From NCBI RefSeq assembly GCF_018350175.1, contig NC_058368.1, positions 8,060,001 to 8,124,000 of the forward strand: a stretch of DNA of 64,000 nucleotides, given 5' to 3'. The position numbers were made by a program, and so were the translations under genes. Below, piece after piece: positions 37,531 through 49,719 of the stretch; positions within the stretch are counted from its first letter, which is position 1, and every line of letters starts with the position of its first letter. Source of the DNA: Felis catus (taxonomy: Eukaryota). A model generated the notes under the pieces. The model was given only the letters and a program-made list of their open reading frames with translations, was not told the origin of the DNA and did no database searches.

Positions 37531-39707
37531 GATGTTTTCCACTCAAATACATACGCATAGGGCCAGGCACTAAATACAACTGGAGACTGGTGACAAAGTC
37601 ATAGAATTTTATTTATCCAGATGTCTTAATTAAATCATGTTCTAAGTCATAAAATAAGTTGAAATCTACTCACGGAACACAAACTGCTTAGGACAGGGTA
37701 GAGTCATTTAGATGAAAATTTAAAATATTATAAGCTACTGACACTAGGAGGTCCGCGTACTGCTCTTTAATATTCACGTTTAAGATTTTTAAAGAATATT
37801 TACTACACCAAGCGTTTCTCCATTAGATGACTTTTCTTTTATATGGTGTAATTCATTAAAGGCATGTGGCTCATAAAGGCTGAGTCATTCTTGGACTCGG
37901 TGAATCAAACTTGTGGGAGAATCCAGCCATTTGAAAAATCTAAGGTACCGCGGCTCTCCAGATGGCAGCCTGCCTAAAATGTGAGCAGATTACCCAGGAG
38001 GAAGTAAACAGGCTTGGAATCTGGCCTCGCAGACTGAAACCTGCAAGGTGCTTGCAACTCACACAGTATTTCAAGTCTTGGTGCGAGGCACATGCTGCTA
38101 TTTTTTTCAGGTGCCCTAACTCTGACCATCTATTGATTTTTGTGTTTTCATTTAAACGTGCCTCCTTTGCAGAAAGGGTTCGAGCTGTCACCGGGTCAGA
38201 TGGGGAAATGGTCAGACACTCCCGATAAGCTGAAGCCAATGAAGGAAAGCAAAGCCCAGAAAGGAAGAAAGCTGAGGCCGAGACCAGCTGTCCCTGCCCA
38301 GGATGGATGTTCATGTCGGAGGGGTGCCCACAGATCATCATACTCTTTAGTCCAAGCCCAAGAAATTAATCAGCGGTGGGGACACGAGACGAAAATGAAG
38401 GAAAAGAACTCTTGAAAATACGGGCAGAACGCCACAGTAAGAAGTCGGGGTGGACCGATTTCACAGGAAGGGAGGAGGCAAGGGGAGTCTGATAGGGCTC
38501 TCAACCAAGCCTCAGCCTCAGGACCAGAGTTCTCGAAGAGAGACTGAGCAACAGTCCTAGAAGGAAAAGATTACTAGGCAGGAAACTGGGGTAGGAACTA
38601 GGAGGCTGGGGGCAGGGGAAGAACCAGATCAGAAGCCCAGGAAGACAACCGGAGACGGAGGGCAGAGGTGGGATCCCTCACGAAGCAAGCGAGGGCACCT
38701 TATAGCTCCCTGAATGAATTTCTTGCATATAGACTTGCACGTAATGGAGCCAAGGAGCAGTTTTACTGATAGGTTTCAGCAATCCATGGAGGAAAGAAAA
38801 GACTTATCTCTGGTCACCCACGCAAGCGAAGCCAACACGAACAGTCCATTGAAAAGCAAGCGGAAACGTGGCCATTTTGCATCTGTGAGCTGCTAACATC
38901 CCCCTGGCTGAAGGTTATCAAAGAAGCTACCCAGCTCCATAAGCCCCTGACTTATTTAGCTTAAATTTGGGCCAATCCTTTTGTGAGAAGGCTATGGGGT
39001 GGGGGGTGGGGTGGGGGACGTTACCTGCTTCTCAGATGCTGGCAGCAATGAAATAGGTGGAAACACCAACGGGATGTGCGGACAGATGGGAGCCTTAGGA
39101 ATCTGGAGCTATGGGTGCAGACCGCCATTTCCACTGAAGAGAACAGAGGATTCAAACCTCCCATCATCTTCCCCAGCTCTGAGCATTTCTTTTCCAAAGG
39201 GTTTTCTTTTCTTTCTAGTTCAGAGAGCGAAGAGCATGTTCAGAAAGGTGTTCCTTCAAGGGAGGGTGACAGGGAAAGTTGAATCTTCGACGCTTTTCCC
39301 CATTAGTAGGTTTGGGATAGCAATCTGCCTTCGTCTGTTGCTGTCATTCCTCTGGGAGAGATGTTTGCAAAATGGTCCTAAGCTGCAGGACCGCAACTAT
39401 AAAAATCACTCTGGTAAAAGGTCCTTCTCCACTGGTTCCTGGAAGCACATCCACGTATGCCATTGGAAAACTGCCACTGGAGGGCATTAGACATCATTTA
39501 ATTTGCTACATGATGACTTTTGACCTCTGCATTCATTTCACACAGGTTACTAGTATATCTACCTAGTTACTAGTATATTACCACCATCCGACATTTATTG
39601 ATGTACTTCTAGGTGCAGGAAACGATGATAGGCCAGGAGATCCAAGGCAATGCTCTAAGGGGCTCATTGTCTAGTCGGAACAAATATATAAAAAGATAAG
39701 TAAACCA

Positions 39708-39903
39708 GGGTGCTCGGGTGGCTCAGTCGGTTAAGTGTCCGACTTCGGCTCAGGTCATGATCGCACGGTCTGTGGGTTCGAGCCCCGCATCGGGCTCTGT
39801 GCGGACAGCTCGGAGCCTGGAGCCTGCTTTGGATTCTGTGTCTCCCTTTCTCTCTGCCCCTCCCCCTCTTCAAAAATAAATAAGCACTAAGAAAAAAAAA
39901 AAC
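39708..39903 (+). mobile_element. CAN-SINE
   Basis: Typical head and tail. Confidence 0.9.
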
Positions 39904-40576
39904 ACCTTAAAAAGATCAGTAAAAACTACAGTAGGTTCAAATCAGAGTTGCATGCTCTATCAAAAGGCCCTGGCAAGATAAGAGCAGCAGTGTTTTCAGA
40001 GGCAGAATTTCTGCAAAAGAAGGGAGGACCCTCTTAAGAAGCACACTCACAGCGACAGGATTTTGCACAGTCTGCTGGATAAGTCTCGATGCATCTCAAC
40101 TAACCATCGGAGCCAGCCAACTTTTTCACCATTACAAAATATTTGTTGAGCCATTAGGAGGCACCCAATTCATACCTTCTTTGAGATTCCTCTGCCTGTT
40201 TCCCCCCAATTTATTTCTACACACCACAAAGCTATAGTCTCTTTTGTGAGCTTATAAATAAAATAACGTGTAAACAAAAAGATAGAATATGATCATTCAT
40301 TCATTCATTCAGGAAGCACGAAGCAGCCTTGGCTTCTAACCATGGCTCCCCTCAGTTCAGTCGGGCAGGCCAGGTGATATTAAGGACCCCAGCAACTGGG
40401 AGCAAAGCAGTCAGAGGATGCTTTTCACATTACAAAGAGTCCCAAAGGGGTCCTTTTAGTGCTTCCCTAGAGGATTTAAGTATTTAAGCATTTGTTTTAC
40501 AGACCACTAACTCTCGCAGTTGGAAAAGGAAGACGGGATAAACGTGGGTGGTCAGGAAAAAAGGAGATTAAAAAAA

Positions 40577-40750
40577 ATTTTTTTTATGTTTATTTATTTC
40601 TGAGACGGAGCATGAGTGGGGGAGGGGCAGAGAGAGAGACACACACACAGAACTGGAAGAAGGCTCCAGAGCCTGATGCAGGGCTCGAACTATGAGATCG
40701 TGACCTGAGCTGAAGTCGGAGGCTTAACCAACTAAGCCACCCAGACACCT
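40577..40750 (-). mobile_element. CAN-SINE (internally deleted)
   Basis: Reverse-complement SINEC motifs. Confidence 0.85.
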
Positions 40751-41406
40751 CAGAAAAAGGGAGATTTTAAACCTGGAGTGTTGGAAGCCAGTGCCAGCAA
40801 CAGATCAACGATCCTTGCAATTCTGATTTATATCTTACTCATGTAGGATAGAAAGCCCTCAAAGTCCCTTTTGATAGTCTTCTGTTTTGATCTTAATGTC
40901 AGGCGTGATCATAAACTAAAAAACTGAGGGTTTAGACGGATGAACAGATGGAACACAGGATTTTTAGAGTGGAGTATGGTATCATCCTCTGTAGGACACT
41001 ATAATAATGGGTACGTGTCCCTATACATTTTTCCAAACCCACGGAATGTAGGGCACCATATGTGAACCCTAATGTGCACTATGGACTTGGGTGTAATGAT
41101 GTGTCCCTGTAGGTTCATGGATTTTAACAGATGTGCCTCGCTAGCGTGGGGGGGGGGTGTTGATAGCAAGAGAGGTTCCACATATGTGGGGGGAGAGGTA
41201 TCTGGGAAGAGTTTCCATGACATGTGTGAAGAGTTTGTTGCAAAAGATGAATGAGAAGCAGAGGGACGCCTAGGGTGGATTTGACACCGAGCCCTGTCTT
41301 CTCCGCAGGCGGCCATCAGAAGCTGGGCAGAGGACACGGGGGTGGCAGTGGTATTGCAGTCACTAAACGCATCCTGCAGGAGAGGTGTGCGCACACTCTT
41401 GTAAGG

Positions 41407-41490
41407 CACAGAGAATAGCATGTAAATTACATACACAGAGAATAGCATGTAAATTACATACACAGAGAATAGCATGTAAATTACATACAC
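41407..41490 (+). repeat. Perfect 27-bp tandem repeat x3
   Basis: CACAGAGAATAGCATGTAAATTACATA at 41407, 41434 and 41461, plus a trailing CAC. Confidence 0.97.
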
Positions 41491-41799
41491 GTGTACATGT
41501 TAAGGTCACTTTCGGCGCTGGGCTGTTTGGACGCCCAGCCTACAGATGTGAACAGTAGGAGGCGGGGGACGGGGCACTAGCTCGGAGAGGCACAGATGTC
41601 TACATTTTGGGGAAACATTTGCAGTGACAAATGCAGACAGAGAAGACCCCTCTCCGCTTCTCTGAGTTTGGCATCTGGTGTTAGTTCCGGAGACAAGAGC
41701 CAGGGCAAAGTGAGATCAACACCAAAGCAGAAGCGGAGTGCGAGAATACTTACTAGCAACTTTGGGGGCCTAACGGTTCACTCGTATCCGTGCATTTTA

Positions 41800-43450
41800 G
41801 GACCACCTAGGCAAACTCGTGGCAAGGCGCAGAGGCAGCCAACTGGGAACCCACCGCCGGTGCCTTCCGAGGTGTGTGAGGGGGGGAGGGGGGGGTTGGG
41901 GGGGTTGGGGGGGGTGGTCTTTGCGCCAAGTTCCTCTGCCCCAGGGCTGCGCGGGGGCTCTGACCGACGCTTGGCAAGGTCGGTCCCGTCGGCCCCACTG
42001 GGAGGGTCACCGTTGAGACACCCAGCCCCATCTCATTGTTCAGCGCCGGGAGTTTCCTCCTCTGGCAGAGCCCCTGGAGCCGTGAGCTGAGCGGGAAGGG
42101 GACGGGCCGGGGCAGGACTTCGGGACGTCTACTTGCTGCCGCTCCTTCCCCTCTCCGGGAGCTCGGGTTTCCCGGGGTGTGTGCGGATTCTCAATAAAAA
42201 GGGAAAAGCACGATCCAAGTTAATTTTCCAGCGCCGAGAGGAAATGCTGTTTCCTGCATCGTACAAAACCGGTGCCAACAAGACGGACACAGGAGCCCAT
42301 TGTCCCGCTAACAATGCGGCGATGGGGGGAGGACGCCTGAGAAAACAGACCTCGGGCCGCCGAGAGCGTTTGATCTTTCCCCCTAAGCGTGTGAGTGTGC
42401 ATGTGCGTGTGTGCGCGTGTGGTGCGAGGATGCGCTGGCAGCGCGGGGGCGCAGCCCCTTCCCGTCCTGCCTCCGCTCCCCGGGCGCGCTCCTAAAGCTG
42501 GCAAGGGAGACCGAGCCCTCCAAAAGCGTCCAGAAGACCAAAAGAGAAAGGGAAGGGCAGGAAAACCAAGGGAAAAGGCTGCAAACGCAAAGAACGGAAA
42601 GGCAAAGGCGAGGGAGAGAGACACGCCTCAGCCCAGAGTCCCCCTAGGGGCTGGTTTCACGGCGTCCACCGGCCTCGGTCCTACGGGAGCCGCGCGTCTC
42701 CCGCCCCACGCCCGCCCGGGCGCCAGCCCCGCTCCTGCGGTGAGCCCGAGCGGACGGCGGCCCCCCGCGCCGGCGGTGCCCGGCTCCTGGCGGGACTCGG
42801 CGGGAGCGCTCTCCGCGCGCCCGCAGGGGGAGGGGGCCGCGGGGCAGCCTCTCCCCCCAGGGTTCCCTGGAGAGCCAGGCCGCTGCGCCGGGCTGACCCG
42901 CCGGTGACTCCGCACGGAGAGCGCCCGGGGCGCCCTGACCCCACGCCTGGCCGCGGTGGCGCCGCGCCGTGCGGGACCGGCCGGGTGGGTGGGGGGCGCT
43001 GCGCCTGGGGGGTCCCCGCGGGGCCCGGCGTCCGAGCCGGTGGCGCTCGGCGGGGACTTCCGCGGAGCCGGCGGGGGAGGGGGGCGCGGGAGCAGCGCGC
43101 GGCTGTCTGGTCAATTTCACCTGGGCGCCCGGGGTCAGGGCCCTGGCCTGAGGACACGTCGCAGCAGGCTCCAGAGGACGCGGGTTCACCCCAGCGCCCA
43201 AGGGGGGACCTCCCCGCCCTCCGCTGGCTCACGTAGTCCGGGGTTTCGGGACGTCAAGTGCTGGCGAGGCGGCCGCTCCGGGCCGCGGCGGGGCTGGGTG
43301 ATAAACAATCTCACAGGATACACGACACCCTGGACTGTCACAAATCCCTCGCAGGAAAAGATAAATAACATCTGAGGAGCCGCGGCTCGGCTTCCCCGGG
43401 CTGAGCAGAGACCCTGTGAGAAGTGAGTAAACAACAGAACGGGGAAGAGT
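41800..43450. promoter_or_regulatory. Orphan CpG island ~31 kb upstream of FLT1 TSS
   Basis: Dense CpG/GC block (core ~42350-43300) with no recognisable coding exon or interspersed repeat. Confidence 0.85.
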
Positions 43451-44859
43451 TCACCGAGCTTTGGCCGCAGAATCAGATGCGGGGGAGGGGGGGTGTCCTG
43501 TCCCTGAGGGGGTGGGTGGGGGGTTAGTTCTTCCCGTGGAAATGAGGGAGAAACAAACCACACACGGTTCAGACTTTGTCCTTTAAACTGGTTGGCACCT
43601 GTCACGTTCTGGATAAGAAGCCTGTTTCCTGGGCGTTGTAGGAGACCTTTCTGGAGCAGGGGTGGAGAGGAGGGGGCTTTCTGGAAGCCCTTCTCTCTGG
43701 AGGTCGAAGAAGAACTTCCTGAGGAAGCCACCCTTTTCCAAAGGCTTGCTCCTTGGGATCATAGCCGTCAGTGACCCAAACCACCCTGGCCCATACAATC
43801 TGTGGTTCTATGCTGATTTCTTCCTGTAAAGGAGGTCTCACCTCTGGAAACACGTTCCCGGATGGGGGTGGTCTGGGGGGCGAGGGAAACAATCCAAACC
43901 ACAGATCTATAAATGCTCCATGGGGCCAATAAAACGGCTGTCAAATAATGGTTAAGTGTGCACACCTACCCAGCTTGCCTTTCTCCCATGTGGAGTTGGA
44001 GCGCCCAAGGCAGTCTTTTCCCTTCTTGGAGGGAGCTGCGCCCAGGCCTCTGGGGGGGGGGGGGGGGTCAGTGCTGGGCCTCTTCTCTCCTCTCCTCTTG
44101 CAAAAAAAAAATCACTATGCACCTAGACCGCCAATCTCCACAGCCCAAGAAGCCTCTTGGACACTGCCCAAATTGTCCGACAAGATTTATTACTCTGAAA
44201 GGAGGCTTACCCCCTAAGATACAATTTCCGCTGTGTAGGGTATTCTTTCATTATTTACGCTCTAGTTAGTTACCTGTTCCTGTAAGCTGCGCCACCCCGG
44301 GAGCTCATTATCTACTTCAAACCATGGTATTTTTTCAGTAATCCTTATGTGCATGTGAATAAGTTTATGTAATGTTTTGAGATTAAGGAAAGTGGGGTGA
44401 GCACAGTGGGGATGTGGTCAGAGTGTGGGCTGGCCACTTGCTAAACACAGTTCACAGAAGCCTGTTGTCCTCACCCCTCTGAATGCTCTGACCCCTAGCT
44501 CAGCAGCGACGTAGGACAGAGCGTATGGACATTTCTGCGTGGTCTTCAGGCTTTCTCATGCCAGCCGTGTGGGCAAAATGGAGACATCTGGGCTGGATGC
44601 TGTGCAAGTAGATGGGTTAGTGACTCATCAGAAGACAGAGCCCATGGTGTTCTGATGCTTACACTCGTGGAACCCTGTGGGAGGCTTTCAGTGTAGTTCA
44701 AAACTCACCCGACCGCTGTGAGCTTCTCCAGAAATAGCCGCATCTATCTTTGTATTCACAGGGCCTGCCCAAGAGCATAGGACATAGGAGGTGCTCAACA
44801 AATATCCATTGCTGCACAAAGGTTTTGTAGACTTGCTCTTATCAAACTTGGAGGTGACA

Positions 44860-45066
44860 GGGCACCTGGGTGACTCGGTTAAACGTCCGACTTCGGCTCA
44901 GGTCATGATCTCGCGGTTCGTGAGTTCAAGCCCCGCATCGGGCTCTGTGCTGACGGCTCAGAGCCTGGAGCCTGCTTCGGATTCTGTGTCTCCCTCTCTC
45001 TCTGCTCCTCCCCCACTTTCTCTCTCTCTCTCGAAAATGAATAAACGTTAAAAAAATTTTAAAAAA
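44860..45066 (+). mobile_element. CAN-SINE
   Basis: TSD ttggaggtga. Confidence 0.9.
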
Positions 45067-45313
45067 TTGGAGGTGATGGCAAAGTTGAGATAGTAAACAA
45101 ATCAGGGTCACCCAAAGCCTGGAAAATTGGAGCATTGGATGAATCTATAGTGAGAACATTATAGGTCCTTCTCTTGAGTCTCCCAAAATTTAAGTCTACA
45201 CATACAGATCGGGGAAGATAGGACTAAGTAGCCAGGCTAACAGATAATAATAGCTGACAGCAAGCTCAATGTGAGGCACCCGGAACATCTGTCAAAAAAG
45301 TGACTGTGATGCC

Positions 45314-45422
45314 CTGGAACAGAATGCACGCCATGTTTTCTGGAGCAGAATCCATGCCATGTTTTCGAGAGCAGAATCTACTCCATGTTTTCTAGAGCAG
45401 AATCCATGCCGTGTTTTCTAGA
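45314..45422 (+). repeat. 26-bp minisatellite, ~4.2 degenerate copies
   Basis: Units resembling CTAGAGCAGAATCCATGCCATGTTTT start at 45314, 45340, 45366 and 45392. Confidence 0.92.
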
Positions 45423-46257
45423 CCTATTCGTTTGGGGATCAGTACTGAGCTCCCGGTTTGGGAAGATTAGACATGGCTGTATCTGTCGAGAGGAGGGGGA
45501 CAGCATGGAGAAGGAACTCAAAAGTTGGGTGAGGATGGTCAAGAGAACTAGCGATGCTTAGTCTAGGAGAGAGGAGGTACTTCAGGAGACGGGAGAGCTG
45601 TTTTCAAATATTGGGAGAGATGCCAGATAAAAATAGGGATTGGAATTACGTGGGCCCCGGTGCCCCGAATGGAGACCAGTGAACCCTCAAATTGGAGTGG
45701 CTGTCCATAGCTCACGCAATTCGTGATGACTGTTATCTTTGAATAACAGACTCCTGATTACTACACTGCCTCAGGAGGAAACGAGGTCCCTGAAAGAGAA
45801 CTGATTGCGGCAGAACCTGGAAGTCCTTTCTCCAGGGACATAGTAAGATGAGATTCGAGCATCCCAGGGGGGTGGGACAGAGAAGGCTTTTACGATTCCT
45901 TCTAACACTAAGCATATACTATTCTATCCTGTGTCTGTTTCTATTTTGCTAAGGGCTAATTCTGCCCTGCTGTAATTTCTTAAACCTAATGAGATCGTGA
46001 AGGCATTTTTATATAAAGAGAAGTGTGCCTAGTCGAAACAACCAAGCAGTGCAGACTTTTGAGCCCCAGCTTATAGAGTGAGAAGCTTAAAGACGTGGCC
46101 ACACTTTGCTGAGGATATAATGACCATGATTACTGCAGGTCTGAAATAAATAAGAGGCTGATATTTGTGAAAAGCTTTGTCTGCCTGGTGAGGATCCAGA
46201 TGATATATATTGCTGGTAGGAATGCAAAGAGATAGAGCTATTTTAGAAACCAGTTGG

Positions 46258-46458
46258 AAAAAAAAAAGTTAGAGAGGGAGAGAGCCAAACCATAAGAGAC
46301 TCTTAAAAACTGAGAATAAACTGAGGGTTGATGGGGGGTGGGAGGGAGGGCAGGGTGGGTGATGGGCATGGAGGAGGGCACCTGTTGGGATGAGCACTGG
46401 GTGCTGTATGGAAACCAATTTGACAATAAATTTTATATGAAAAAAAAAGAAAAAAAAA
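46258..46458 (+). mobile_element. L1_Fc-type 3' end (severely 5'-truncated), inserted in an older L1M (~46200-47280)
   Basis: gagcactgggtgctgtatggaaaccaatttgacaataaa followed by an A tail; TSD aaccagttgg. Confidence 0.88.
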
Positions 46459-46947
46459 GGAACCAGTTGGGCAGTTTCTTATTAACTTAAACAGACACCG
46501 TCCAAATGACCCAGCAATGCCACTCCAAAGTATTAATCCAAAAGCAACAAAAACTTATGCCCACGCAGTGGCCTATATGCTAATGTTTGTAACAGCTTTA
46601 TTCATAATGCTGGCAACTGGAAACAGCCTGAATGTTCATCAGCTGGAGAATGGGTAAATAAATTGTGTTATGTACACAAAGTGGAATACTACTCAGTAAT
46701 GAAAAGGAATGAGTCACTGATACAGGCAACAATATGGAGGCATCTCAACAGGATTATGCTAAGCGAAAGGAGCCCGACACAAAAGCTACACACCGTGATT
46801 TCATTTATCTGACATTTGGAAAAGGCAGAACTGTAGGGACAAAAATCAAATTAGTGGTTACCAGGGGCTGTGGGGACGGGGAGGGCTTGGCTACAAAGGG
46901 GCACAAGAGAACTTTCGGGGTGACAAATATTCTGCATCTTTAAAAAA

Positions 46948-47447
46948 ATTTTTTTTAACATTTATTCCTTTTTTGAGAGAGAGAGAGACAGTGTGAGTGG
47001 GGGAAGGACAGAGAGAGAGGGAGACACAGAGTCCGAAGCAGGCTCCAGGCTCTGAGCTGTCAGCCCAGAGCCCGATGTGGGGCTTGAACCCACAAACTGT
47101 GAGGTCATGGCGTGAGATGAAGTCAGACGCTCACCCGACTGAGCCACCCAGGCGCCCCAGAAATATTCTGCATCTTGATTGTGGTGGTCGTTATACTATG
47201 TACATTGTCAGCTTACAGAGCTGCATACCTGAAAGGGTGAATTGTATTGTATGTAAATTATGCCTCAATAAAATGGCTTTAGTAAAGCCCTGTCTTCATT
47301 TTTTTTATTTAAATGTTTATTTATTTTGAGAGAGAGATAAAGACAGAGAGCATGCAGGGAAGGGGCAGTGAGAGAGGGAGAGAGGGGGGAGAGAGAGAGA
47401 GAGAGAGAGCATGCAGGGAAGGGGCAGGGAGAGGGGGAGAGAGGGGG

Positions 47448-47479
<32 letters not shown>

Positions 47480-47589
47480 ATGAGTGAGTCCCATCCAGGC
47501 TCCATGCTGCCAGCTCAGAACCATGAGATCGTGACCTGAGCCGGAATCAAGAGTCAGATGCCCAACTGATGGAGCCATCCAGGTGCCCC
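46948..47589 (-). mobile_element. Two CAN-SINEs (46948-47158; 47298-47589, the latter with an internal GA-rich duplication)
   Basis: TSDs aaatattctgcatctt and ccctgtcttcattttt. Confidence 0.88.
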
Positions 47590-48303
47590 TGTCTTCATTT
47601 TTAATAGTGGTTTTCCAGTGCCTTCCTAACATTGGTACACGGTACATATTTGTAGAATGAATGAATGAATGAACGAACGAATGAATGAATCTGCATGGAA
47701 GTTTTGCTTTCCCATGAAGTCCCGTTGTACAAACATGCTCTACTCTCTGTCTGAGGAACCCGCCCTTCGTAATCCCTCATGACATTGCGGTGGTGTGGGA
47801 GGGCATGCTTCTGCCGGGAAGAGGCAGTGCCCTGACCATCACGTCGGGTTTCTGGGGAAGTCTTATTCATCTGGAATTGAGAACTTCATTCAGGAAACAC
47901 CCAGTAGACGACTCAATATTGAAACACGTGGATGTCATCTGGGAGAGGGGGGAGTCTGCAGTGAAAAGGCCTGGCCGGGAACCCTGCCTGCGGGAGAAAC
48001 CCCCATCCTAGGGGACCAGGGGATTCTAAACGCAAAGTGCCACTCCACAGGATCAATCTCTCTTTCCAACTTTCGAATCTAGCAGTTGTCTTTTAAAATT
48101 GATTATAGAGCAAAGAGGTCGTAAAACAACCCCCTCCCAAATTTAAATAATATGCTACTACTAATTACTGTAAGAGCGTAGCTGGGCTCTAGGAAGCTGT
48201 GGAAATACACCAGTTTGAATTTATAGACCAGTTACCTTACTTTTATTTTGTCATTTTTTCTTCCCCCGCCACAACTATCATAGGATTTTCAAAAAGTCAT
48301 TTA

Positions 48304-48496
48304 GGGGCACCTGGGTGGCTCAGTCGCTCGAGCGTCCGACTCTTGATTTTGACTCAGGTCATGATCCCAGGGTTGTGGGATCGAGCCCCGTGTTGGGCTC
48401 TGTGCTCAACTTGGAGCCTGCTTGAGGTTCTCTCTCTCCCTCTCCCCTGCTCACGTGCTCTCTAAAATTACAAATATATATAAAAATAAAAAAAAA
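48304..48496 (+). mobile_element. CAN-SINE
   Basis: Typical head and tail; TSD aaaa(g)tcattta. Confidence 0.88.
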
Positions 48497-48499
48497 TCA

Positions 48500-49290
48500 T
48501 TTAAATCATCTTAAGTGTACCGTTCAAGCAGTGTTAAGTCCATTCACTTGCTTATGCAACTAACCTCCAGAATTCGATTCATCTTGCAAAAGCGAAACTA
48601 TGCTCTGCATTAAGCAACACCCCACTCCCCCCTTGCCCTAGTCCCTGGCAACCACTGTTCCACTTTCTGTCTCTATGAACTTGACTCTTCCAGATACCTC
48701 ACAGAAGTGGGATCACACCATATTTGCCCTTCGGTGACTGGCTCCTGTCACTGAGCATGATGTCCTCAAGGTTCATCCACGTTACGGCGTGTGTCAGAAT
48801 TTCCTTCCAAGTCTCAGTGATATCCACCTGTATGTACAATTTCTTTATCCATTCATCCATCGATGGAAGTTTGGATTGCTTCTACCTTTCGGCTCTCGTG
48901 AATAATGTTGCTATAAACATGCCTGTATGAATTTCACTCTAAGACCCTGCTTCCAGTTCCGTGGGATACATATATTGATCCAGATATCCAGAAGTGGAAT
49001 CGCTGGATCGTACGGTAATACTAGTTCTAATTATTTGAGGAACTGTCCTTTCCATAGGGGTTTCGCCATTTTACTTTCCCACCAAGAGTCGCACGAGGGT
49101 TTCCCTTTGTCCGCATCCTTCCCAACATTTGTCCTTTTCTGTGTTTTGTGTTTGTTTAATAGTAGCCATCCAGACGGGTATGAGGTGGCATCCTATTGTG
49201 GTTTTGATTTGCCTTTCCCTAATGGTTAGTAATGTTGAGCACCTTTTCATGTGCTTATTGGCCATTGGTAGATCTTTTCCCGGATTATTC
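48500..49290 (-). mobile_element. L1MB-like 3' fragment
   Basis: ORF 49071-49319 (-) MANKHMKRCSTLLTIRERQIKTT is the L1 ORF2 C-terminus; 3' UTR hallmarks present. Confidence 0.85.
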
Positions 49291-49510
49291 TTTTCATTCC
49301 GGCTTGCCCCAGCCTTCATTTAGCAAGTTGTATTCGGAGAAGCTTGGGCTCCTCACCTTGTGCGCGCACGTGCACGAACACACACACTTACACACAGTGG
49401 AATGTGCGTGTAGGATGCTCTATCCTCGGTGAACAGGCAGTGCAATGGCTAGGAGCTCCCTCCCACAGAATATCTTGGGATGGCTGGGGAGGAGAAGGCA
49501 GTTCCACACT

Positions 49511-49699
49511 CCAGGGGACATCTGGCAAGATCTAGAGACTGGGGTGGGGGCGTGCTACTGGTATCTGGTGGGTGGGGGCCAGAGATGCTGGTAAGCACAC
49601 TACAATGCACGGGACAGCCCCCCCCCCCCCCCCCCCCCCCGCTGCAACAAAGAATCATCCAGCCCCAAATGTGAATAGCACCATGGCTGAACAATCCTG
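49511..49699 (+). mobile_element. MER20 DNA transposon with expanded poly-C
   Basis: ccaggggacatctggcaa…gtgctactggtatctggtgggt…tacaatgcacgggacagcccc…caacaaagaatcatccagccccaaatgtgaatag hallmark. Confidence 0.82.
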
Positions 49700-49719
49700 C
49701 CCTGAGATGATCCATAGCG

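Noticed and set aside
40999..41490. 163-aa ORF starting with (YVIYMLFSV)x3
   Set aside because: Translation of the 27-bp tandem repeat plus an L1 remnant.
42133..43731. ORFs of 110-185 aa in the upstream CpG island
   Set aside because: Same GC artefact; no recognisable domain or exon structure.
41407..45422. 27-bp and 26-bp repeats as CRISPR-like arrays
   Set aside because: Units are head-to-tail with no unique spacers, the DNA is mammalian, and there are no cas genes.
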